Source: a virus
IMG/VR virus record: IMGVR_UViG_3300044971_002537
Span: 32,001-96,000 of that record
Strand: one strand, 5' to 3'
DNA: 64,000 nt
Below the pieces are notes generated by a model. It made no database searches. It saw only the letters and a list, made by a program, of their open reading frames with translations, and was not told where the DNA came from. The translations under genes and the position numbers were made by a program. Below, in pieces: positions 46,572-56,901 of the stretch (its first letter is position 1; every line of letters begins with the position of its first letter).

Positions 46572-47205
46572 GTCAATCATAGAAAACTACGGGACGATAT
46601 CGTTTGTCGTCGTTGGAGCTTTCGCCTTTATCGCACGCTGTAGGAGGTATATCAAAAATGCAATTAGATCCTTTGTACTCGGTGACCGCTTTCATGTCGT
46701 TTTTGGTGACAGCCCCGCAGAGGCTATTAAGGCGATTTATGACGCAATTCAGACCTCCTATGAGGTCTGTGAACTTCGGCAGCAGATTACAGAAAGGCAT
46801 ATCGAAATTGGAATATTCATCTGCGATACCAAAGGTAGATGCACATGGAGTAACTCATACCTCAATGAGTTATTTTGTCTTGACTCGAAAGATATGATGG
46901 GATTTGGATGGCTGCAAGCCGTTAGGCCGGGGGACAGGAAAAGAGTAAATGATCATTGGCTCTATTCTATACAAAACGACATCGCGTACGATTGTGACTA
47001 TACTCTAGTTAACAAGAAGAACAATTTGTTAACTGATATAACATCTACAGCTATGGCTGTAAAGGATGATACTGGCACTGTTCAGTGCTATCTAGGATAC
47101 GTCAAGGTAAATGCAATAAGGGGAACAAATGGAGATCTATTACGACACGAGGGAGAAAACTCCGTGGACATTCTTCACAGAGAAAACAACAAAGAAAACT
47201 CTTAA
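46558..47205 (+). CDS. membrane-anchored PAS-domain protein
   Basis: N-terminal TM; GIF.CD..G...W.N......G.GW..AV.P.D...V...W. Confidence 0.75.
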   Translation: MDTIKSIIENYGTISFVVVGAFAFIARCRRYIKNAIRSFVLGDRFHVVFGDSPAEAIKAIYDAIQTSYEVCELRQQITERHIEIGIFICDTKGRCTWSNSYLNELFCLDSKDMMGFGWLQAVRPGDRKRVNDHWLYSIQNDIAYDCDYTLVNKKNNLLTDITSTAMAVKDDTGTVQCYLGYVKVNAIRGTNGDLLRHEGENSVDILHRENNKENS

Positions 47206-47632
47206 GTGTGGAGATTACACCACATCTATCCTTATTGGCAAATATGCTGTAGAGAGAAAAGCATCTACTGGCGAAATCTATATGAATCTTGGCAGAACCA
47301 AGAATATGGAGCGATTCCATAGAGAAGTTGACAAGCTTCTTCTTTTAGAAAAGGCAGAATGCGTCTTTGAGTTTTCAGAGTCTGACATCTACTGCTTCCC
47401 TGAGAATTCTGGCATACCAAAGCTCAGAAGACCATCAGTAAAAGAGATAGCCAGTGGCAAATATTCTAGGGGAGAGAGAGTTGATGCTTGGTCGGAGCTT
47501 CGTATAAATGGGCGACATCTTAAAACCTTGATAGATAGAGTGGCGGCTAAAATGCCGGTAGTATTCTGCGGAAATCGGCGTAGTGCTGAAGATTATGTCC
47601 TTGGGCGATTTAAAGAGCTAGAGCAATGTTAG
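47129..47632 (+). CDS. ERCC4/XPF-type nuclease
   Basis: DTREK.PW, GDY, VERK. Confidence 0.75.
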   Translation: MEIYYDTREKTPWTFFTEKTTKKTLKCGDYTTSILIGKYAVERKASTGEIYMNLGRTKNMERFHREVDKLLLLEKAECVFEFSESDIYCFPENSGIPKLRRPSVKEIASGKYSRGERVDAWSELRINGRHLKTLIDRVAAKMPVVFCGNRRSAEDYVLGRFKELEQC

Positions 47633-48159
47633 ACCTACTAACTCAGATCATCCAGTTTATTTGGGAACTTCTTCCAAGGCCCACAATTGTTGGCCCAATG
47701 GAGGAGGCAGTTTGTTTTTGGTTTGGCCGATGGGGGCGACGAAAAGGTCCGGGCCTCTATCTGATATGGCCACTTATCCAGTACTGGCGAGTTCACACAA
47801 TAGCAAGCCAAATCTGTGAGACTGCAATTATTGCTGTAACTTCCGCCGACGATAAAGACTGGCAGTGGAGGCTTGGGATCGAATATGAGATTCATGATGT
47901 CTTGAAGTATGAAACGGCACAGTTTAGCGGTCAGAACCATTTAGAAATGCTGGGTGGTGCTGCCCTAGTCCGAATTATCAGCCAATTGTCAGGTGATCAA
48001 ATTAAAGAAGCTGGTGTTTGGCGGATATGCAACAAGATCAAAACTAGAATTGCTGATTCGGCAGACCAGCGTGGAATGAGAGTACTAGGAGTTAGGCCCA
48101 TTATGGCGTCTCGCTGTCGGCCATTCTTTGTGTCTCAGGCAGAACGGCTAGTTGACTAG
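47626..48159 (+). CDS. SPFH/band-7 family membrane protein
   Basis: V.P.E.AV..W.G.....GPGL...WP; T.AD.K.......I.YEI.D. Confidence 0.7.
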   Translation: MLDLLTQIIQFIWELLPRPTIVGPMEEAVCFWFGRWGRRKGPGLYLIWPLIQYWRVHTIASQICETAIIAVTSADDKDWQWRLGIEYEIHDVLKYETAQFSGQNHLEMLGGAALVRIISQLSGDQIKEAGVWRICNKIKTRIADSADQRGMRVLGVRPIMASRCRPFFVSQAERLVD

Positions 48160-48252
48160 GGCGTAACGGCATACAAGGGGTAGGTCGGCCCATTTTTTCT
48201 TTTACTGTGGGCTTCTTTCGCCCAATTCAAATTTAGTGGAACAACGTGCAGC

Positions 48253-50241
48253 TTGGAAAAATTAACCAAACAAGTCTTACGCGAACTCAACGAAGCATAT
48301 TTGACCAAGTATGTAAAGGAAGAGCCAGCATATAACCCATTAGATATCTTGAGAACAGACGATAACTTAGACTTCGAGAAAAAGGTAGCGTGGTTATTAT
48401 CTCAGCCTGAGTATTTTGCTTTTCTGTGTCATCACATTCTAAACGTAGACATACTACCATTCCAGAATGTGGTTCTTCAAGAATTGTGGGTAAGAAAATA
48501 CCCTATGCTAATCGGCAGTCGAGGAAGCTCTAAGAGCTTTATGCTTGCATTGTATTCCCTGATGCGTGCGTTGATTATGCCCAACAGGAGAATACTTGTT
48601 GCGGGAGCGGCCTTTAGACAGTCTAAGTTTATTCATGAATATATGGAAACCATATGGAAGGGGGCTCCTCTTTTAAGGGACTTAGTAGATCAAGATAGTG
48701 GTCCTACCAGATCTCCAGACATGTGTAGGTTTGGCATTAATGGGTCTACCATAACATGTATTCCAATTGGTACTGGTGAGAAGATAAGAGGGTATCGCTG
48801 CCAAGACCTATTGATCGAAGAATTCAGCTCTCACTCTAGGGAAATCTTTGAAACCGTTATCGCGGGCTTCGGTAACGTATCAGCCGCTCCTGCTGATGTG
48901 GTTAGAAGACGAGCCGCTGAAGAGATGGCCGCTGAAAGAGGAATTGACCCATTGTTGCTAGGAGCCAACGACCTAGCTATGGGAAATCAAATTATTTTGT
49001 GCGGAACTGCGTTCTATGATTTTAACCATTTCGCTGATTATTGGAAGAAGTATAAGCAGATTATTGCCTCAAAGGGTGATCCAAGGAGAGTCAGAGAGCT
49101 ATTTCCAGAGGGAGTCCCAGAGGGGTTCAATTGGAAAGATTATTCAGTAATTAGAATACCATACGAGGTTCTACCCAAGGGCTTTATGGATGAGGGAAAC
49201 GTGGCTAGATCTAAGGCGTCTGTTCATAGTGGTATCTTCAATATGGAATGGGGAGCGGTATTTGTCACTGATAGTAATGGGTTTTTCAAACGAAGCCTGA
49301 TCGAGTCTTGTGTTACTAATGAACATAATGAGGTTATTCTCCCATCTGGCCCAGTTGTATTCGATGCTGCGATAAAGGGCAACCCAGCCGCCAGATACAT
49401 CATAGGGGTCGACCCGGCTTCCGAAATCGACAACTTCTCCATAGTGGTCTTGGAACTCTATCAAGACCATAGAAGAATAGTACACTGCTGGACTACTACT
49501 CGTCAGTCTCACACGGAAAGAGTTAAGCTTGGTCTAACTACTGAGGATAACTTTTACAGTTACGCTGCTAGAAAGATTCGTGAGCTTATGCGTGTATTCC
49601 CTACTGAGCGTATCATGCTGGACTCTCAGGGGGGCGGTGTCGCGGTTAACGAAGCCCTACACGAAACCTCTAATTTGCATCCCGGCGAAGTCCCCTTCTG
49701 GCCCGTAATTGACGAAGACAAAGAGAAGCCGACAGATGATGAAGCTGGGCTCCATATCATTGAGTTGGTCAATTTCGCCAAGGCTGAATGGACCTCTGAG
49801 GCTAATCATGGTTTAAGAAAGGACCTAGAGGATAAGACCTTGTTGTTCCCTAAGTTCGATCCTATCGTCCTCGGTCTAGCCGCTGAACAAGATAAGATCA
49901 ATAATAAGCTCTATGACACACTAGAAGACTGTGTTATGGAAATTGAGGAGATGAAGAACGAGCTTGTCCTAATCGAGATAACCAAGACCCCGAATGGGCG
50001 AGATAGATGGGATACTCCGGACATCAAGGTTGGGGCTAACAAGAAAAAGAAGATGAGGAAGGATAGGTATTCTGCTTTACTGATGGCGAATATGGGGGCT
50101 AGAAACTTCTCGTTAGTTGGTCAGGCGGCATACGAAAGCTACGGAGGGTTCTCTAGTGGAGTAGTCGGTAAAAAGGCTAAGTTGGCCTACATTGCTCCGC
50201 AGTGGTTTAAGGATGCTCAAAATGCATATGATGGATATTGA
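48253..50241 (+). CDS. terL: terminase large subunit
   Basis: Walker A GSRGSSKS, Walker B LLIEE, RNase-H IIGVDPA...D.F, KDRYSA. Confidence 0.9.
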   Translation: MEKLTKQVLRELNEAYLTKYVKEEPAYNPLDILRTDDNLDFEKKVAWLLSQPEYFAFLCHHILNVDILPFQNVVLQELWVRKYPMLIGSRGSSKSFMLALYSLMRALIMPNRRILVAGAAFRQSKFIHEYMETIWKGAPLLRDLVDQDSGPTRSPDMCRFGINGSTITCIPIGTGEKIRGYRCQDLLIEEFSSHSREIFETVIAGFGNVSAAPADVVRRRAAEEMAAERGIDPLLLGANDLAMGNQIILCGTAFYDFNHFADYWKKYKQIIASKGDPRRVRELFPEGVPEGFNWKDYSVIRIPYEVLPKGFMDEGNVARSKASVHSGIFNMEWGAVFVTDSNGFFKRSLIESCVTNEHNEVILPSGPVVFDAAIKGNPAARYIIGVDPASEIDNFSIVVLELYQDHRRIVHCWTTTRQSHTERVKLGLTTEDNFYSYAARKIRELMRVFPTERIMLDSQGGGVAVNEALHETSNLHPGEVPFWPVIDEDKEKPTDDEAGLHIIELVNFAKAEWTSEANHGLRKDLEDKTLLFPKFDPIVLGLAAEQDKINNKLYDTLEDCVMEIEEMKNELVLIEITKTPNGRDRWDTPDIKVGANKKKKMRKDRYSALLMANMGARNFSLVGQAAYESYGGFSSGVVGKKAKLAYIAPQWFKDAQNAYDGY

Positions 50242-50308
50242 GCTTCCTACGTCAGCTCGATCGTATTAAATTGTGCAAGCACAATTCAATTACAATCGGA
50301 ATAAGCAA

Positions 50309-52303
50309 ATGGCAGTAAAAAAGAGTGTTCCACAGACAACTAACGCGATTCTCCAAGATGAGGCTTTAGCCTCATACACCGGGTTGATGAGCACTTCTGC
50401 TAGTAATCGTAGATACCTATCGCTAGAGCCCAACATATCGGTTCGCGATGAGTACAATCGGGAAGACTATTATGGGTTCCGCCCTTCAGAGTCTCCAGAG
50501 GGTGATGCTAAGGGCATCATGCGAAAGTGCGTTAAGGCTTACAATAATGTTGGCCTTATCAAGCAGGTTATTGATTTGATGGGGGATTTTGCCTCTCAAG
50601 GTATTAGGATCTCCCATACTAACAAGAACATAGAGCGATTCTATCGTAGATGGTGGCAGAAGGTCAATGGAGCTGAACGTTCTGAACGTTTCCTCAACTA
50701 CCTATACAGACTTGGCAACGTCGTTGTCTATAAAGCCAACGGTAAAATTACTAAATCTGACCAGAAGGATATGTCGAGGGCTGAAAAGAGAGTTATCCCA
50801 TTCAGGTATGACTTTCTCAATCCACTAGTTGTTGAGGCAGATGGGGACTATTCTGACATCTTCGGCGGGGAGAAGAGCTACAAGATTAGGATTTCTTCCA
50901 AGACCAAGAATGCTATCGCCAATAAGAAGGCTGACCCATCTTTCCTAAAGGACGTAGACCCTAAGACTAGAAAGATGATTCTAGATGGTGCCGAGTTTAT
51001 CCCCTTAGACTCAGAGCGTCTATCACTCTATCATTACAAGAAGGATGATTGGGACGTATGGGCCAACCCAATGATTCATGCCATCTTAGATGATATTACT
51101 ATGATGGAGAAGATGAAGCTGGCAGATATGTCGGCTTTAGATGGGGCCATCTCTAATATACGACTATGGCGATTGGGTAGCCTAGAGCATAAAATCGCCC
51201 CAACTAGAGCAGCCGTAGATAAGCTCAGAGATGTACTAGCTAGTAATGTTGGTGGCGGAACTATGGACCTAGTCTGGGGTCCAGAGCTTGATTTCAAAGA
51301 ATCTACTAGCCAAATTTACCACTTCTTAGGTAGCGAGAAGTACGGCCCAGTACTTAACGCTGTATATGGGGGACTAGGAGTCCCACAAACCATGACCGGG
51401 ACCTCCTCTGGTGGGGGTTTCACTAATAATTACCTGAGCCTTAAGACCCTCATTGAGAAGCTTGAGTATGGCCGAGGCCTCCTAGAGAACTTCTGGAGGC
51501 TAGAGTTTGAGTCTATCGCTACTGCTATGGGCTTCCCATCTCCAGCGGAACTCCGCTTTGACAATATGATCCTGTCAGATGAGGCGGCTGAAAAGAACCT
51601 CTGGATTCAATTGTCAGATCGGCACATCATCTCGGCTGAAACCCTTCGAGAGAGATTCGGCGAGTCTAACGACATTGAAGAGTCACGAATCGCCAAAGAA
51701 GAAAAAGACAGAAAGAAGCGTAAATTGCCACCTAAATCTGATCCATTCCATAACGGCAACGTCGAGTCTGAGTTTGTGAAATTGGCCCTCACCAAAGACA
51801 CACTCAGCATTGAAGATGTGACAGATTATAAGGCAAGAAAGCCTCCTGTCCAGCCCGGAGTTGGAAATCCTGCCGGAAAGAAGCCGGTAAAAGATAATGG
51901 CCGACCTTTGTTCAAAAAGGATGCTGGTCCTAGGAAGCAGAGGAGAGTCCTCCCTAAGAGCAAGGCAGATTTGGCTAGTACTATCTTGTGGACCACAGAG
52001 GCCCAGAAGAAGATTTCGGCCATACTTAATCCAGTTATGCTTTCTCAGTATGGGTGTAGTTCTCTACGAGAACTGACAACGGCCCAGCAGGCCGAATTAG
52101 AGGAGATTAAGTTCGTGACCCTTTGTGGACTAGAACCATTCTCTCTAGTAGATACTGAGTCCGTGGCCGAGGCCATGGAGAAAAAGAAGAAAATAGACGC
52201 CCATCCTTTTTACCGAAACTTTTTGGCGACTCATAATAGACAGCCGACTATTGATGAGGCACGTCAAATAAACTGCTTAGCATATGCTTACGAAGAATTT
52301 TAA
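50309..52303 (+). CDS. portal protein
   Basis: Position after TerL, size, G.V...G.V.VY and LGVP motifs. Confidence 0.75.
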   Translation: MAVKKSVPQTTNAILQDEALASYTGLMSTSASNRRYLSLEPNISVRDEYNREDYYGFRPSESPEGDAKGIMRKCVKAYNNVGLIKQVIDLMGDFASQGIRISHTNKNIERFYRRWWQKVNGAERSERFLNYLYRLGNVVVYKANGKITKSDQKDMSRAEKRVIPFRYDFLNPLVVEADGDYSDIFGGEKSYKIRISSKTKNAIANKKADPSFLKDVDPKTRKMILDGAEFIPLDSERLSLYHYKKDDWDVWANPMIHAILDDITMMEKMKLADMSALDGAISNIRLWRLGSLEHKIAPTRAAVDKLRDVLASNVGGGTMDLVWGPELDFKESTSQIYHFLGSEKYGPVLNAVYGGLGVPQTMTGTSSGGGFTNNYLSLKTLIEKLEYGRGLLENFWRLEFESIATAMGFPSPAELRFDNMILSDEAAEKNLWIQLSDRHIISAETLRERFGESNDIEESRIAKEEKDRKKRKLPPKSDPFHNGNVESEFVKLALTKDTLSIEDVTDYKARKPPVQPGVGNPAGKKPVKDNGRPLFKKDAGPRKQRRVLPKSKADLASTILWTTEAQKKISAILNPVMLSQYGCSSLRELTTAQQAELEEIKFVTLCGLEPFSLVDTESVAEAMEKKKKIDAHPFYRNFLATHNRQPTIDEARQINCLAYAYEEF

Positions 52304-52355
52304 GAAAAAAGCAGAAAACTTACAATAGCTGCGTATTTAAATTATGAGGTAACCA

Positions 52356-53675
52356 ATGCAAGTATATGAAGCTGAAAAATTAGACAACTTATCTGACGCT
52401 CTTAAGAGCGTTAGTGTTGCTATGGTCTGCCCAATTACTAGCACGCAGTTACTTAGTGGAGATTCTGAGATAGCTGGAATAACACTAGCTTCAATTAGTG
52501 ATAGACCAGTTCAAGCAGATCTTTACTATCTAAATTCCATTCTAGTATCGGCGGGATGGAATAAAAACGACGATGTCTTTGACGTAGCAGACCTATGGGC
52601 GGCACGCGAAACACCAGTCGACAAGCCATTCAATTATATGCACGATGAGACAGACATCATTGGACATATGATTTCTTCAGCCGCAATGGGTGAGGATGGT
52701 GCCATTATTAACGAAGTTCCTCTTCCAGATAAGATGGACCTAGTTACTTCCGCCGTTATTTATAAGACTTGGGGCGACCCCGACCAGTCCATTCGAGTCA
52801 ATGACTTGATTGCTAAAATCGATGAGGGTCAATTAGCTGTATCTATGGAATGCGTATTTCGAAACTTCGATTATGCAGTTGTTGAACCTGATGGTTCACA
52901 AAAAGTTATAGCTAGAGACGAAAACTCTGCGTTCCTCACCAAGCATTTGCGGGCTTATGGTGGCACTGGATCGTATGAGGGCTACAAAATTGGCCGCTTG
53001 TTGAGAGACCTATATTTTTCTGGTAAGGGTCTTGTAGATAAGCCAGCAAATCCAAGAAGTGTTATCCTCCCGAAGGAAGTTAACCCATTCAAGCCCGTAG
53101 ATACTTTTTCCACATTGGCTATGGAGGTAGTGATGCCTGAAGATAATTCAGTGCAACTAGCAGAAGTCAACGCCTTGAAAGAGGCTCTCTCCACAGAGAA
53201 GGCTACTGCGAGCACTCTAGCGACAGAAGTCAGTGGTCATAAGGCCACTATCACTTCGCTTGAGACGAAAGTAAATGAACTAGAAGCCACTATCGCGACT
53301 ATTTCTCAGGAGAAACTGACCCTAAGTCAGGAGATCCAGAAGATGGTTTCTGAAGTGAAAGCTGCTGCAAGAAAGAACGCTCTTGTCACTGCTGGTGCAA
53401 CCGAAGATAAAGCAACAGAGTTGCTCTCTAAATTTGCAGATGCTACTGACGAGATGTTCGATGTAGTAGTAGCTCTAATTGTTAAGCCGACCCCTGTTAC
53501 GGACACTGAGTCGGTTGAAGTCGAAGTCGAGACAGAAACTGAAGCTCTAGAAACTGTAACCGAGGTTGATGAACCAGCAGTTGTAGTAGTTGAAGATTCT
53601 GTTGCTGACAAGATAAGCGTTGCCTCACAATGGCTGCGTGCTAGTGTCCTTCAGTCCACAAAAAATTCGAAATAA
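52356..53675 (+). CDS. prohead protease / scaffold protein
   Basis: N.NDD.F, H....IIGH, VSMEC, G.GLV..PANP; acidic coiled-coil C-terminus. Confidence 0.75.
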   Translation: MQVYEAEKLDNLSDALKSVSVAMVCPITSTQLLSGDSEIAGITLASISDRPVQADLYYLNSILVSAGWNKNDDVFDVADLWAARETPVDKPFNYMHDETDIIGHMISSAAMGEDGAIINEVPLPDKMDLVTSAVIYKTWGDPDQSIRVNDLIAKIDEGQLAVSMECVFRNFDYAVVEPDGSQKVIARDENSAFLTKHLRAYGGTGSYEGYKIGRLLRDLYFSGKGLVDKPANPRSVILPKEVNPFKPVDTFSTLAMEVVMPEDNSVQLAEVNALKEALSTEKATASTLATEVSGHKATITSLETKVNELEATIATISQEKLTLSQEIQKMVSEVKAAARKNALVTAGATEDKATELLSKFADATDEMFDVVVALIVKPTPVTDTESVEVEVETETEALETVTEVDEPAVVVVEDSVADKISVASQWLRASVLQSTKNSK

Positions 53676-53685
53676 GGGGTAAGGC

Positions 53686-54135
53686 ATGTCACTAAAGGGT
53701 GATCGTTACGAGCTAGACACAGACATTTCATTTTTCATGAATGAAACTGCTACTCGTGGTTTGGTTGTTTCTGTAAGTACGGCGGGCTCAGGTGCCGCTA
53801 TGGATAGTGCTGTAGCTTTGGCGACAGTAAAAGCGAATCCATCTGGAGCATATCCTCTCGGGGTTCTGCTGAATGATATGGTCAACCTTGACCTGACTCG
53901 TCAGCACTTGAACCAGCACAAGGATGAAGTCCAGAAGGGTGGCAAGATTACTATCTTGCGTAAGGGATTCGTCACTACTGACGCTATCTCTGGTACACCA
54001 GCCGGTGGTCAAGATGCTTATCTTGCTGGTACTGGTCTTATTAGTGCCACTCAGGCCGCTGGGGCTCTGAAGGTCGGTCAGTTCCTTAGTTCTAAGGACG
54101 CTGATGGTTTCGCCAAGGTTTCAATCAATCTATAA
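53686..54135 (+). CDS. capsid decoration/cement protein
   Basis: Small Gly-rich beta protein between scaffold and MCP. Confidence 0.6.
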   Translation: MSLKGDRYELDTDISFFMNETATRGLVVSVSTAGSGAAMDSAVALATVKANPSGAYPLGVLLNDMVNLDLTRQHLNQHKDEVQKGGKITILRKGFVTTDAISGTPAGGQDAYLAGTGLISATQAAGALKVGQFLSSKDADGFAKVSINL

Positions 54136-54143
54136 GGGGTAAT

Positions 54144-55151
54144 TTGATGTCGTTCACTAAGCCGAATCCAGAGTTCATTGAAATGCTTAAGCAGTCTGGC
54201 GATACGTCGCCATCTGTAGCATATGCTGGTCAGGAGCAGATGGCGAAAGCTCTTCAGACTCCTCTCCGCGAAGCTATCTTGGTGGGAGACGTTACTGCTC
54301 CTATCTTTGAGAAGCTTACACTTGATGGCAATTCTACAGCCGAGTTCCCACTCGACCTGTTGAATCCCGGCGACGAAGTTGACTTCGTAGCCTATACGAA
54401 TCCCGGCCATGGTCGGATTCCAGAACGAGCAGTTGAAGGCGACTACATTCAGGTTCCGACCTATGGTATCGCTAACTCAATTGACTTCTTGGCACGATAT
54501 GCCCGTGACGCCCGCTGGGATGTTGCTGGTCGTGCTATGAAGGTGCTGGAAGCTGGCTTCGTTAAGAAGATTAACGACGATGCTTGGCACGTTCTGCTTG
54601 CCGCTGGCGTAGACCGAAACATCATGGTATATGATGCTGACGCTGCTGCTGGTCAGTTCACTAAGAGATTGGTTTCTCTTATGAAGTCGGTTATGCGAAG
54701 AAATGCTGGGGGTAACTCTGGCTCTATCTCTCGCGGTCGATTGACCGATATCTATCTTAGCCCAGAAGCTCTGGAAGATATTCGAAACTGGGGCGTGGAC
54801 ATTGTTGACGAAACGACTCGTAGAGAAATCTACGTCGCTAGCGACGATGGTGCTATTACCCGAATTTTCGGTATCAACCTCCATGCTATGGACGAGCTTG
54901 GTGAGTCACAGGAGTATCAGTCCTACTTTACTAGTCAGCTTTCTGGTGCCCTTGGCCCATCAAGCGACGTAGAGTTGGTTGTTGGTCTTGATATGACTAG
55001 CCGAGACTCCTTCATCATGCCTGTTCGGCAGGAAGTTATGATCTACCCAGATCCTAGCTACTTCCGTCAGGGAAGAGTTTCGTTCTTCGGAAATTGCGAG
55101 CTTGGCTTCGCAGCATTAGACAACCGTCGCATTTTGCTGGGTTCTCTCTAA
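54144..55151 (+). CDS. major capsid protein (HK97 fold inferred)
   Basis: Synteny, size, biased codon use, strong downstream terminator. Confidence 0.8.
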   Translation: MMSFTKPNPEFIEMLKQSGDTSPSVAYAGQEQMAKALQTPLREAILVGDVTAPIFEKLTLDGNSTAEFPLDLLNPGDEVDFVAYTNPGHGRIPERAVEGDYIQVPTYGIANSIDFLARYARDARWDVAGRAMKVLEAGFVKKINDDAWHVLLAAGVDRNIMVYDADAAAGQFTKRLVSLMKSVMRRNAGGNSGSISRGRLTDIYLSPEALEDIRNWGVDIVDETTRREIYVASDDGAITRIFGINLHAMDELGESQEYQSYFTSQLSGALGPSSDVELVVGLDMTSRDSFIMPVRQEVMIYPDPSYFRQGRVSFFGNCELGFAALDNRRILLGSL

Positions 55152-55174
55152 GAGAATTTTGGCCTAATCAAACT

Positions 55175-55211
55175 AAAGTCGCAGAAGTTAATCGCTTCTG
55201 CGATTTTTTTT
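55175..55211 (+). terminator. intrinsic terminator after MCP
   Basis: GTCGCAGAAG-TTAATCG-CTTCTGCGAT followed by a T-run. Confidence 0.8.
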
Positions 55212-55264
55212 GGCTATAATGGATTTGCTGGCATCTCCGAATTTGGCGTAGAAAAAGGAAAATC

Positions 55265-56860
55265 ATGCTGCTCGATGACAAAACAATTAAAGAATTTGGC
55301 TATTCACAAACTTCACTTAGCAAGCACTCAAAAAATATGCTCTGGCTTAAGTGTGATTACTGTAGTAATGAGTATACCAATGCACACTGCCGAAGAGTAA
55401 AGTCAAATGCAATGCTGGATAAAGACGCATGTAGAAGCTGTAGGATGATAAAAATAGGCGATATTAACTTTATCAAACTTGGGGTAAGAAATGTTTTTGA
55501 GCTAAAGTCTACCAAGGATAAATTAACTAAGACAAATCTGGATAGGTATGGAGTTGAAAGACCATCACAATCTCAGGCCATTAAGGATAAAGTTAAAGAC
55601 ACCATGATGGAGAGATATGGTGTCGATAAGATAATGGATATAGACGGGGTAAGAGACAAGATTAAAGAGACTAACTTAAAGAAGTATGGTGTTGAGAATG
55701 CTTCTTCGGTTGAGGAGTTCAAGGAGAAAAGGAAGAATACGTGCAAAGAGAGATTTGGTAAAGAGACATATCTCGGGTCTGAAGATTGTATCAAGAAAAC
55801 AAAGGAGGTCACTGGGGTCGACAATGTGTTCCAGCTAGAATCGGTAAAAGAGAAGTCTAGACAAACTATGCTAGAGAAGTATGGCGTAGATAATCTAATG
55901 AAGTTGCCAGAGGTGAGAAAGGATAGGATCAAGAAATGCAGACAGACCAAGATAGATAAAGGAATATTAGCTATTCATAAGGGCAGAACCAAAAGAGAAT
56001 GGGCAGAAGAAACTGGCTTTTCTAGGTCCCGATTTAGCGTTCTAGTAAAAGAGAACGGGTGGGAATTGGCTGTTAAGATGACCCCACGAATTAGTTCCCT
56101 AGAAGCAATAGTCGAGGATTGGCTGAAGCAAGCTGGGATAGAGTATAGCAAGCAGGTAAAAATTGGCAGATATTATGCCGATTTCACAATAGGTAATTTG
56201 GCCATCGAACTCAATGGTACTTATTGGCATAGTGAACTACACAAAAAGGACGACTATCACGTTAAGAAGAGAGAGTTCTATATTGAGCAAGGATTCGTAC
56301 CGCTATTCTTTGGTGAAGATGAAGTCACTCAAAAGTTCCATATAATTAAATCTATCATCCTCAACAAACTTGGCAAGAGTACCCGCCTATTCGCTCGCAA
56401 GCTCAAAATTGGCCAAGTCGGTAAAAAAGAAGGTGCCAAATTTTTAGAGGACAACCATCTCATGGGACAGGGGCGGGGCGAATGCATCGGCCTTTATGAT
56501 GGTACTGAGTTAGTAAGCCTAATGAGGCTTCGTCGAGTCAAGGGAAACGATTGGGAGATTTCCAGATTTTGTAACAAGGTTGGCCATTCGATTGTGGGCG
56601 GTTTGAGTAAGATCCTCTCCTTTTTTACTGAGGTGTTTAAGCCCGAAGGGCTTATTTCCTTTGTGGATTTGAGATATGGGACTGGAGACTATATGGAAGG
56701 GCTTGGCTTCGTAAGGGGCAAGGCTTTTAAGAGCTTTAAATGGACAGATGGTAAGAATTTGTTTAATCGCATGAAATTCCCATCTAATACTGGCTATGAT
56801 CATAAGCTCTATAAGTTGTGGGATTGTGGTCAGCTCAAGTTTTCCAAGAAATTTATGTAA
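55265..56860 (+). CDS. homing-endonuclease-like protein (KYG repeats plus Vsr-like domain)
   Basis: Repeated T...KYGV.N; ADF..LAIE.NG.YWHS; FL..NHL.G; WDCG. Confidence 0.75.
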   Translation: MLLDDKTIKEFGYSQTSLSKHSKNMLWLKCDYCSNEYTNAHCRRVKSNAMLDKDACRSCRMIKIGDINFIKLGVRNVFELKSTKDKLTKTNLDRYGVERPSQSQAIKDKVKDTMMERYGVDKIMDIDGVRDKIKETNLKKYGVENASSVEEFKEKRKNTCKERFGKETYLGSEDCIKKTKEVTGVDNVFQLESVKEKSRQTMLEKYGVDNLMKLPEVRKDRIKKCRQTKIDKGILAIHKGRTKREWAEETGFSRSRFSVLVKENGWELAVKMTPRISSLEAIVEDWLKQAGIEYSKQVKIGRYYADFTIGNLAIELNGTYWHSELHKKDDYHVKKREFYIEQGFVPLFFGEDEVTQKFHIIKSIILNKLGKSTRLFARKLKIGQVGKKEGAKFLEDNHLMGQGRGECIGLYDGTELVSLMRLRRVKGNDWEISRFCNKVGHSIVGGLSKILSFFTEVFKPEGLISFVDLRYGTGDYMEGLGFVRGKAFKSFKWTDGKNLFNRMKFPSNTGYDHKLYKLWDCGQLKFSKKFM

Positions 56861-56901
56861 GCAGGAGAACTGGGGTAAGTCAATCTTAAGTAATCAGGAC
56901 A

